Below are positions 10,760 to 17,699 of a DNA stretch of 25,154 nucleotides, in pieces. Every line of letters begins with the position of its first letter. The first letter of the stretch is position 1. The translations under genes and the position numbers were made by a program. The stretch spans positions 1 through 25,154 of the IMG/VR virus record IMGVR_UViG_3300033272_000041; one strand, 5' to 3'. The notes under the pieces are model-generated. The model ran no database searches. It saw nothing but the letters and a program-made list of their open reading frames with translations, and was not told the DNA's origin. Source of the stretch: a virus (lineage: Duplodnaviria; Caudoviricetes).

Positions 10760-11694
10760 TGGCTAAATTTAGTTCTGGACCAGCCAAAAGTGGAATCCCC
10801 ACGGAATCTCTTGGACAGCCAGATGGTGTGGCAACGCTTGACCTCAATGGCCTTGTTCCACAGTCACAGATTCCTGCTGTTGCTATTACAGACACTTTTG
10901 TTGTTGCGTCTCAATCGGCAATGCTTGCTTTGACGGCACAAACTGGTGACGTTGCCGTGCGTAGCGACCTATCAAAATCTTTTATCCTTAAAGGTACTAG
11001 CTCATCAACATTAGCTGACTGGCAGGAGCTTCTGACCCCAGCTAGTGGTGTCTCTTCTATTACTGCAGTTTCCCCTCTTACAGGTGGAACGATTACAGCT
11101 AACGGCTCAATTGGTATTAACCAGGCGGCTCTTGTCATTGCCCCGTCTCAGGTTACAGGGACAGCAATTATTGCTGGAGATACAAGGCTTCTCCCCTCGG
11201 GTGGGGCAACAGGGCAAGTCCTCTCTAAAACTTCCTATACCAACTACGCAGCCGCGTGGGCATACCCCCCAGCGGCACCGTTGGAGAGAAAAGAAGTCTC
11301 TGCGTCTGGGGCTGTATATTTATCAGTTGCAAATACATTCTATCCGACTGCTACAAATTCAGTTTATACATTGACTGCTGGTACATGGCTGATTACAGGC
11401 TCTGTTCTTGTAGAGACCCCAGCTAACACTGCTGCCTTTATCACTATTCGTGTGGGAAATGCTAGTAATGGGTACATGGGGGGCACCGAGGTTTCAGTTC
11501 CCGCTATGGGCTCTGGGATTAAGGGCTATGCAACAATTCCTGTTTCAACAGTGTGGAGCACGTCTGGTGAGTTAATCCGAGTTGAAGTTGCATCAACGGT
11601 CGCTGGGTGTGCTATGTTGCCGACACCAGTCCACAATAACAACGGCTACTTAGATGGTAGTTCGTCTATGTGGTTTGCTGTAAAAATTGCGTAA
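10759..11694 (+). CDS. Putative tail fibre / minor virion protein
   Basis: GVATLD.NG.VP.SQIP, AQTGDVAVRSD, PLTGGTIT, PSGGATGQVLSK modules; Ala/Gly/Ser/Thr-rich; C-terminal beta-sandwich (LTAGTWLITG). Confidence 0.75.
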   Translation: MAKFSSGPAKSGIPTESLGQPDGVATLDLNGLVPQSQIPAVAITDTFVVASQSAMLALTAQTGDVAVRSDLSKSFILKGTSSSTLADWQELLTPASGVSSITAVSPLTGGTITANGSIGINQAALVIAPSQVTGTAIIAGDTRLLPSGGATGQVLSKTSYTNYAAAWAYPPAAPLERKEVSASGAVYLSVANTFYPTATNSVYTLTAGTWLITGSVLVETPANTAAFITIRVGNASNGYMGGTEVSVPAMGSGIKGYATIPVSTVWSTSGELIRVEVASTVAGCAMLPTPVHNNNGYLDGSSSMWFAVKIA

Positions 11695-11711
11695 GTTAAA
11701 ATCACTAGAGA

Positions 11712-11754
11712 TATAGAAAAACCCCTTAGCTAATAACTAGGGGGTATTTTCTAT
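11712..11754. terminator. Bidirectional intrinsic terminator
   Basis: ATAGAAAAACCCCTTAG-ctaataa-CTAGGGGGTATTTTCTAT between convergent fibre gene and tmRNA. Confidence 0.85.
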
Positions 11755-12078
11755 TGGTGGAGATGTGGGGAGTCGAACCCCAGTCCTAATCTATCGTAAC
11801 TGTACTTCTACATGTTTAGGCAACTACCTTGGGAGTCAGAGTCACATTGCCGATGCTCTGATCTTTCAACTATAACCATCTAACTAAGGTATCTTCGTTA
11901 TTTTAAGAACTAGCTGCTCAGTGAAGACGCTGCTGGCTAGGTGCTTTAGCTACTTTAGGCTGCTAGAGCGAATTGGGATTTGTCTGCACTTATCCGATTA
12001 CCCCAAGTTTAAGAGTTTGGGATGGTCTCTACATGCTTCTCCAATTACGGAATGATCAGTCGAAAACCTTTCATCCCC
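11755..12078 (-). ncRNA. ssrA: tmRNA, proteolysis tag (A)ADKSQFALAA*
   Basis: 5' GGGGATGAAAGGTTTTCGAC; 3' GGGGTTCGACTCCCCACATCTCCACCA; G3.U70 pair; tag frame 11987-11955 after ATAAGT. Confidence 0.95.
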
Positions 12079-12091
12079 ATACGCTATTAAG

Positions 12092-12355
12092 TTATGACTC
12101 TAGTGTATCATGTTCTCGTTCAAAAGTCCTAACTTTGTGACAATTAGAGCAAACAACTTCACACTTTGCTACCTCTTGCCAAGCAGACTCAAGGCCATAC
12201 TTCTTTAAGACACGGTATACGTTGTCGATTTTTTTGCTTCCTGGCAAATGATCAAACTCTAGGACGTAGTGAGGGAAAAACAATCCACAGTCAGTGCATC
12301 CATTGTCTTCTTTAAATTGACGGAATATTGGAAGGTACGAAGAGGCTAAAGTCAT
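12092..12355 (-). CDS. HNH endonuclease
   Basis: CTDCG...LEFDHL...KCEVVCSNCHKVRT. Confidence 0.88.
   Translation of the reverse strand: MTLASSYLPIFRQFKEDNGCTDCGLFFPHYVLEFDHLPGSKKIDNVYRVLKKYGLESAWQEVAKCEVVCSNCHKVRTFEREHDTLES
12102..12110 (-). promoter_or_regulatory. Possible extended -10 promoter for tmRNA
   Basis: TG-a-TACACT on minus strand ~24 nt upstream of the tmRNA 5' end. Confidence 0.45.
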
Positions 12356-12362
12356 CTTACGA

Positions 12363-12376
12363 CTAGTATATACTAG
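12363..12376. promoter_or_regulatory. Palindromic bidirectional -10 element
   Basis: CTAGTATATACTAG is a perfect 14-bp palindrome giving TATACT on both strands between divergent genes. Confidence 0.65.
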
Positions 12377-12380
12377 ATTG

Positions 12381-13067
12381 ATGGACTACGTATATACCTG
12401 CAGAAGCGGCGACAATGAAGAGCTGCGGTATTCAATAAGATCATTAGTAAAGAACCTACCAGAGGTAAACGTATGGATTGTTGGGGATGCCCCATCTTGG
12501 TATACGGGAAGTATTGTTCGTGTTGATCGTCTTAATCAGAAATATAAGACCGTTCGTAATAATCTTGATGTTTTGTCAAAGACAGATGAAATTAACGAAC
12601 AGTTTGTTCTGATGAATGATGACTTTTTTGTTACTAGGCCAATGGACAGCATAGAAGTTTGGCATGGAGGCAGTCTCCTTGAGCGGTACAATCGTCGATT
12701 AGACTTAGAGGGGTATAGCACATACGCCAAGTATTTAATCGACACTTACAATACTATTAGTCATTTTGGGATAGAAGATCCCCTGTATTACGAGCTTCAT
12801 ACCCCACTACCAATGACAAAATTATCGTTATCACACGCGGTAACAAGGCCAGGACTCTGGAGATCTATCACAGCCAATGCAAATGCCATAGGTGGCAAGC
12901 AAATGGAGGACGTAAAAGTCTATGCTGCTGGAACGATGATGTCACGAGCACACAGAGAGCAAGACACGTCTACTTATTTATCTACTGATGATGGGTCTTT
13001 TGAAAAGTTATACAAAGAAAGGCTCCGAGACGAATTCCCAGAGCCTTCCTTATACGAGTCTATTTGA
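12381..13067 (+). CDS. Stealth-like sugar-phosphate transferase
   Basis: DYVYT (CR1-like), EELRYSIRSL and FVLMNDDFF (CR2-like), YELHTP. Confidence 0.7.
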   Translation: MDYVYTCRSGDNEELRYSIRSLVKNLPEVNVWIVGDAPSWYTGSIVRVDRLNQKYKTVRNNLDVLSKTDEINEQFVLMNDDFFVTRPMDSIEVWHGGSLLERYNRRLDLEGYSTYAKYLIDTYNTISHFGIEDPLYYELHTPLPMTKLSLSHAVTRPGLWRSITANANAIGGKQMEDVKVYAAGTMMSRAHREQDTSTYLSTDDGSFEKLYKERLRDEFPEPSLYESI

Positions 13068-14019
13068 TTATACGATAAAACTCTTGCTCTACTACGTCTA
13101 GCTGGTCATAGTATGCATCTGACACTTCTTTAGATCTTTTTATCCCAGCTTTAGAAAACTCATCATACAATTCTTTATCGTCTAGACTTTTAATCGCCTC
13201 TACGTATGCTGCAACGTCATCATGTTGTGCAAATATTCCTGCATAGGCAAGAGATTCTTTTAATCCTATGGTTGGAGAAGCAATGACAGGAATGCCAGAA
13301 CAGCAAGCCTCTAGCGCCACACGCCCCCAGCTCTCGTAAGACGAAGGCATTAGAACTATCCGACTCTTACCATATACCTTTAACACATCTGGTGAATTAT
13401 CATATAAGGTAACATTTGGCAGGTCTTCTGGGTATCCTATTTGTTCCCCATAGGCTCCCATAACACCAATAAACTTTCGTTCAGGAAATATTCTAGCCAA
13501 CTGCCAAAAAATTTTGCCACCCTTAGCCTCATTCATATTAATAAGGGTAATGGCCTCACGAGTAGTCTCTACTTTGTATCTGGTCGGATCTGTGGGGGGG
13601 TAAAGAATTACAGACGGAATATTAAATGGTACGGTCCTTTTAATCCAATTAGAATTAGCAATAGCTAGATCTGCACTACGAGAGTTTATCTTGTTATATG
13701 AAAGCTGCTTGTCGTTGTGGACAAGGTGAACGATTGGCTTTTTATATCTCTGAGACATTTGCACAGCCTTAGACGTATAGTTCAAATGAGTAATGATGAT
13801 ATCTGCCCACTCAAAATTATCTCTAACGTCTGGATTAGCGCTGTCAAGTATGGGAATACCCTCATACTCTGTTGCTCCTGGATTTTTTGTTATAACTCGA
13901 CATTCATGACCTTTTTCTGCAAGACCATAAAGTATCTGATGAAGCATTGCTTCCGCTCCTGCATTGTGGTTTGGGAAATACCCATGTACATATGCTACAA
14001 TTTTTAGTGATTTATTCAT
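13060..14019 (-). CDS. GT-B fold family 4 glycosyltransferase
   Basis: AGAE, ANSNW, PSSYESWGRVALEA...GIPVIAS motifs. Confidence 0.92.
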   Translation of the reverse strand: MNKSLKIVAYVHGYFPNHNAGAEAMLHQILYGLAEKGHECRVITKNPGATEYEGIPILDSANPDVRDNFEWADIIITHLNYTSKAVQMSQRYKKPIVHLVHNDKQLSYNKINSRSADLAIANSNWIKRTVPFNIPSVILYPPTDPTRYKVETTREAITLINMNEAKGGKIFWQLARIFPERKFIGVMGAYGEQIGYPEDLPNVTLYDNSPDVLKVYGKSRIVLMPSSYESWGRVALEACCSGIPVIASPTIGLKESLAYAGIFAQHDDVAAYVEAIKSLDDKELYDEFSKAGIKRSKEVSDAYYDQLDVVEQEFYRIIK

Positions 14020-14038
14020 AGTGACCCTTCTAGTCGTG

Positions 14039-14110
14039 TGCCCCTGACAGGATTCGAACCTGCGGCCTGATGGGTAGAAACCATATGCTCTTCCGCTGAG
14101 CTACAGAGGC
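14039..14110 (-). tRNA. tRNA-Arg(TCT)
   Basis: Acceptor GCCTCTG/CAGGGGC, anticodon loop TT-TCT-AC, T arm GCAGG-TTCGAAT-CCTGT. Confidence 0.9.
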
Positions 14111-14137
14111 AAAAAGAAAGGGGACCCAAAGGCCCCC
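14111..14137 (-). terminator. Terminator-like hairpin with U tract
   Basis: GGGGGCC-TTTG-GGTCCCC-TTTCTTTTT on the minus strand. Confidence 0.65.
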
Positions 14138-14152
14138 GTCCCTGTGTATTAA

Positions 14153-15010
14153 TTATAGCTTAAGTGCTCTAGCAAACACAACTCGTGAAGCCATTTTGCT
14201 AGCACTAATAATGGCAATTGGTGCGGCTACGCTCAAGACAAGCCCTGCCCAAACCTGTGGATTGGAAACATCCCAAGCCCAGAAGTCCAGGGTGTGGAAC
14301 CCATTAGCAAGAACAGCAATACCACCAAAGGCAACCATACCTGCCATAGCTCCCCATGTCTTTTCAGGCTTACCGTCATCGTCTACACGAGAAGCAAGAA
14401 CAAGATAAGCAACCAAGAAGACCATATACATCAGCTCAATGAAGAAGAAGAACAGTCCACTCATCCATGTACCAGAGAGTCCAACAAAAGCGGCTACTGC
14501 TGTAATACCGTTAAAGGAAACAATGGCCGAAGAAATAAAGGCAATGCCTACAGCAATGATCCATGCAAGGAGGATAACCTTTTGATCAACCTGAATCTTT
14601 GGTGCACGCTTTGATTCTTGAAGTTCATAACGCTTTGCCTTATCAATGACAGAGTTAGACACTAGGGGAGGTTCCCACGGAGTATCCTGAAGGGTGTCAT
14701 CAATAGGGTCAATCGATGTGACCTGTCCAATGACGTTAGCAAGACCATCGTAATGTGTCGTTGTTGGTGTCGGCAAGGGCATTCCCATGGCCTGTTCTTC
14801 TAGTCTTGTATTTTTAGCAGCTTGCTCTGAAGCTGACTGACGATAGGAATCTACCAATGCATCGACAGCTGCCTGTTCTGGACTAGGGACGATTGTTTCT
14901 GGATTGATAGCGGGAATATCCACGTTATTAATGTTCTGTTCCATTTTTCTCTTACCTTCTCTTGGTATGTTTACGGGAGGGTTAAATCTTCTATTAGAAT
15001 TAGTTGTCAT
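14153..15010 (-). CDS. Membrane protein with DUF2637-like four-TM domain and disordered N-terminus
   Basis: VSFNGI..VA..VG, FIE, LANGFH, AAP pattern; AGGAGG RBS. Confidence 0.75.
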   Translation of the reverse strand: MTTNSNRRFNPPVNIPREGKRKMEQNINNVDIPAINPETIVPSPEQAAVDALVDSYRQSASEQAAKNTRLEEQAMGMPLPTPTTTHYDGLANVIGQVTSIDPIDDTLQDTPWEPPLVSNSVIDKAKRYELQESKRAPKIQVDQKVILLAWIIAVGIAFISSAIVSFNGITAVAAFVGLSGTWMSGLFFFFIELMYMVFLVAYLVLASRVDDDGKPEKTWGAMAGMVAFGGIAVLANGFHTLDFWAWDVSNPQVWAGLVLSVAAPIAIISASKMASRVVFARALKL

Positions 15011-15024
15011 TATGCCTCCTAGCT

Positions 15025-15033
15025 ATTATATCA
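15025..15033 (-). promoter_or_regulatory. Extended -10 promoter
   Basis: TG-a-TATAAT on minus strand, 14 nt before ATG 15010. Confidence 0.65.
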
Positions 15034-15040
15034 TTATTAG

Positions 15041-15121
15041 TGCCTCATAAGGGACTCGAACCCTTATATCTTGCGATAGCGAATTTTAAGTCCACCGTGT
15101 ATGCCATTCCACCAATGAGGC
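15041..15121 (-). tRNA. tRNA-Leu(TAA)
   Basis: Acceptor GCCTCAT/ATGAGGC, loop CT-TAA-AA, variable arm TATC-GCAA-GATA, GGTTCGAGTCCC. Confidence 0.9.
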
Positions 15122-15125
15122 AATG

Positions 15126-15199
15126 TGGGGTGTGCGGGACTTGAACCCGCGACCGACGAATTATGAGTTCGCTGCTCTAACCAGCTGAGCTAACACCCC
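15126..15199 (-). tRNA. tRNA with CAT anticodon, probably Ile2 (lysidine), otherwise elongator Met
   Basis: Acceptor GGGGTGT/ACACCCC, GCGAA-CTCATAA-TTCGT; no C1-A72 mismatch or three G-C pairs, so not an initiator. Confidence 0.88.
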
Positions 15200-15206
15200 A
15201 AAACCC

Positions 15207-15914
15207 CTAAGCCAATGTCTTAAGAGTTTCTGGGAAAGCTGTTGAGGATAGATCCCTAACGGCCTTCGCATATTCTTGGATTTCTACCTGAGCATCGTGG
15301 CCCAGACGCTGGTCCAAGAAAGTTAACACACCCTGGAGAGATGTGGTCCAACGCCAACGGACGTACATACCATAGGCAGGAAGAAATAGACGTGCAAGCT
15401 CAGGAGCCACACCATCATCCATAGCCTCATGGTACTTGGCTGTCCCATAAGAAATAGTCTCAATAAGCTCAGTAAAGTACTTAGCCCCAAGCTCTACGTC
15501 AATAGGCTCTCCGCTACCCTGCTTGCTATTTTCGGGGGCACTTCGCCACTCATCAGCAAGAGGTACATAGAACTTCTCATCTTCAGTAATATATCGACGA
15601 GAGGACTCGTTCCAACCATTCTGGTCATCGATATGCGTAGAGGATACAGCATACTTCCACCACTGACGAGCAACAAACAATGGTGCATAGACCTCAAAGG
15701 TTAGAGCTGCATGTCGTAATGGAGATGTGTGTCCCTCACGAATAAGGAACTGCAATAGCTTTGCATCTCGTGGTTCAAACTCTGATGACTCCTTATCATA
15801 ACTAACTCGTGCTGCGTTAACAACAGAAAGGTCGTCCCCCAAGGTGTCTACTAGACGAACATATCCTTCGTCTAATACGTTAATTGAATCTCCTTGCATC
15901 TTTAAAACTTCCAT
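15207..15914 (-). CDS. thyX: Flavin-dependent thymidylate synthase
   Basis: VNAARVSY, GHTSP, PLFVARQW, NESSRRY, PELARLFLP, AQVEIQEYA; start may be ATG 15899. Confidence 0.93.
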   Translation of the reverse strand: MEVLKMQGDSINVLDEGYVRLVDTLGDDLSVVNAARVSYDKESSEFEPRDAKLLQFLIREGHTSPLRHAALTFEVYAPLFVARQWWKYAVSSTHIDDQNGWNESSRRYITEDEKFYVPLADEWRSAPENSKQGSGEPIDVELGAKYFTELIETISYGTAKYHEAMDDGVAPELARLFLPAYGMYVRWRWTTSLQGVLTFLDQRLGHDAQVEIQEYAKAVRDLSSTAFPETLKTLA

Positions 15915-16051
15915 TCACAGTTGATTGAGTTTATAATTCCTAGGGCTTCTTTAGAGTTAATGCAGTTATCGTAATAATCTTGCAAGACCTCTGCAATAGC
16001 ATACATGGGCTTGCTTTGAGTGTCAAGTTCAGACATATCAATTACTGGCAT
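15902..16051 (-). CDS. Hypothetical protein (49 aa, not in ORF track)
   Basis: Manual translation MPVIDMSELDTQSK...CEWKF*; fills the gap between neighbours. Confidence 0.5.
   Translation of the reverse strand: MPVIDMSELDTQSKPMYAIAEVLQDYYDNCINSKEALGIINSINCEWKF
15998..16026 (-). promoter_or_regulatory. SigA-type promoter for thyX and tRNAs
   Basis: TTGACA, 17 nt, TATGCT on the minus strand. Confidence 0.7.
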
Positions 16052-16373
16052 TTTTACTCATCTTTCGTACAACGTATTCTTCATCAATGAACATCCAGCT
16101 GTCTCCCCACTTCTCGTACTGATCGACAAAGAATTTAATCCTACGACCACAGAAATGACTCCAATACCTCTTAAATGGGTTATTGGTTTGCTTAATGCAT
16201 ACCATGTCTTGGCCAAAATCATGTTCTGTGTCTTCTAGATCAGGCTCTACTAGTGCAGTTGCATAATAGCCTAGTTCTTCATCTGTGTAGGGGATGTCAT
16301 ACGCAATGTTTAGTGTTGAAATGTCTGCGGGATCAAAACCAATTGGCTTTAGTGGCTCAATGAGATCGCTCAT
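16038..16373 (-). CDS. Hypothetical protein
   Basis: ORF track; GGAG RBS. Confidence 0.75.
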   Translation of the reverse strand: MSDLIEPLKPIGFDPADISTLNIAYDIPYTDEELGYYATALVEPDLEDTEHDFGQDMVCIKQTNNPFKRYWSHFCGRRIKFFVDQYEKWGDSWMFIDEEYVVRKMSKNASN

Positions 16374-16425
16374 GCGATTATCTCCATACTTGGAAGGGAA
16401 AGCATAAGAATATATGCTTTAATTG

Positions 16426-16638
16426 CTATACTCTATTGTACATTATGCCAACAGATAAGTCAATAGCAGATAAGAACGAGTCTCCGTCTAAAGCTGCCTG
16501 TAATATCTTTATCTGTGCAGGTACTGTATTCTTCAACATGCATTCATCACACATGTGGTCAGGCTCAAAGCCTCTTACGTCAATGATCTCAAGCCTTTTT
16601 AATGCCTGGGTAATCAATGCTCTTTCAACTTCATTCAT
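16426..16638 (-). CDS. Hypothetical protein (HxCxxC)
   Basis: ORF track; leaderless start. Confidence 0.75.
   Translation of the reverse strand: MNEVERALITQALKRLEIIDVRGFEPDHMCDECMLKNTVPAQIKILQAALDGDSFLSAIDLSVGIMYNRV
16435..16463 (-). promoter_or_regulatory. SigA-type promoter
   Basis: TTGACT, 17 nt, TACAAT on the minus strand. Confidence 0.7.
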
Positions 16639-16644
16639 GTCTTA

Positions 16645-16673
16645 ATCCTACCAGATATAGGGGTACGTGTCAA
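16645..16673 (-). promoter_or_regulatory. SigA-type promoter, leaderless
   Basis: TTGACA, 17 nt, TAGGAT, 6 nt, ATG 16638. Confidence 0.8.
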
Positions 16674-16776
16674 GTTCGGGGGTAGGGCTACAAACAGAGC
16701 AGTCTCTCATGCATGAGTGATCTATGTCATTACAGACACATCCCATACACAAGAGACCGCTACAGTTTGTACACAT
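16648..16776 (-). CDS. Cys-rich microprotein (42 aa, not in ORF track)
   Basis: MCTNCSGLLCMGCVCNDIDHSCMRDCSVCSPTPELDTYPYIW*; TATAAT at 16788-16783 lies 6 nt upstream. Confidence 0.7.
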   Translation of the reverse strand: MCTNCSGLLCMGCVCNDIDHSCMRDCSVCSPTPELDTYPYIW

Positions 16777-16788
16777 ATCTACATTATA

Positions 16789-17055
16789 CTATGCTTGAAC
16801 AGTTTCGTCTACAGCCACAGTTTCATCCAAGAATGTAGTAAGGACAAAACCTGCATCCGCAACATTCTCAATCTGAATGCCGCTAACGTCTACATCCAAG
16901 TCTTCAAGCGTTAGCTCAACTCGTCCACCAAGCTTGGCGACAACAAGACTAAGAAGCTGTGAGGCATAGTCCAGTCGTTGACGATAATCCTCAAGGGCTT
17001 CTTCAAGGGCCTCTTCAAGCGTTGCTTCTTTTGGAGCTTCAATTGTTTCTGTCAT
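16789..17055 (-). CDS. Acidic hypothetical protein
   Basis: ORF track; GAGG RBS, TAATG coupling. Confidence 0.8.
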   Translation of the reverse strand: MTETIEAPKEATLEEALEEALEDYRQRLDYASQLLSLVVAKLGGRVELTLEDLDVDVSGIQIENVADAGFVLTTFLDETVAVDETVQA

Positions 17056-17411
17056 TATATTCCTCTTTCATTTTGATAGGCGTTAGCCTTTGATTCCTCA
17101 ACTGTAGCATACGATACCCCCCAGCAGCAACCATCACAACCATGAATGTTCTGATAGCTCTGATTGACAGAGGCAAGGTATTTAGCTGAGTCGTGGTCTG
17201 GATGACCAATGTAGTGTTCGCAAATGCGCTCCAAGATGCCACGATCTTCTCTCCAGTTCATCGGGGCATTGACAAGAGCATGTTCGCTAGGATGATTATG
17301 TATGGCACAGTCGTGGTCAGCACATGCAGACACATCATGAACCCCAGTCATGGTTCCATAATTTTTTATGTAAGTATAATATCCAGTGTCAGGATCTTTA
17401 CTCAGAATCAT
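17055..17411 (-). CDS. His/Cys-rich putative metal-binding protein
   Basis: H...C....CAIH.HPS.H, ERICEH.IGHPD.D, HGCDGCC. Confidence 0.8.
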   Translation of the reverse strand: MILSKDPDTGYYTYIKNYGTMTGVHDVSACADHDCAIHNHPSEHALVNAPMNWREDRGILERICEHYIGHPDHDSAKYLASVNQSYQNIHGCDGCCWGVSYATVEESKANAYQNERGI

Positions 17412-17547
17412 CAAGAGCCTTCTTAGCTTCTAGGCGTCTATTCATTTCCCTTAGCAACTCGTGAGGGCTTGCTATAGGGCTCATTTCAGCCTTAAGCTTG
17501 TTCCATTCCTCGGTAGTGATCATGACTGCTGGCACTTCGTCATTCAT
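17398..17547 (-). CDS. Hypothetical protein (49 aa, not in ORF track)
   Basis: MNDEVPAVMITTEEWNKLKAE...DDSE*; ATGA overlap with the upstream ORF. Confidence 0.65.
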   Translation of the reverse strand: MNDEVPAVMITTEEWNKLKAEMSPIASPHELLREMNRRLEAKKALDDSE

Positions 17548-17699
17548 CGATTACCCCAAAATGCAACAAAAAGGTGGTGCCCCCAGTGAAGATCTATTGT
17601 CCAGGTTGACCCTGAAAACTTGGTAGGCTTGTACCTGTCAAGAGTTATCCCAAAAAAAATATTCTGGGCATCGGCAGTACGGTAATGTTTAAAACGCAT
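17544..17699 (-). CDS. Hypothetical protein (51 aa, not in ORF track)
   Basis: MRFKHYRTADAQNIFFGITLDRY...WGNR*; overlaps both neighbours. Confidence 0.6.
   Translation of the reverse strand: MRFKHYRTADAQNIFFGITLDRYKPTKFSGSTWTIDLHWGHHLFVAFWGNR

Noticed and set aside
17398-17547. Phd/YefM antitoxin-like fragment (PAVMITTEEW..L)
   Set aside because: The similarity is too short, the N-terminal DNA-binding part is missing, and no toxin gene is adjacent.
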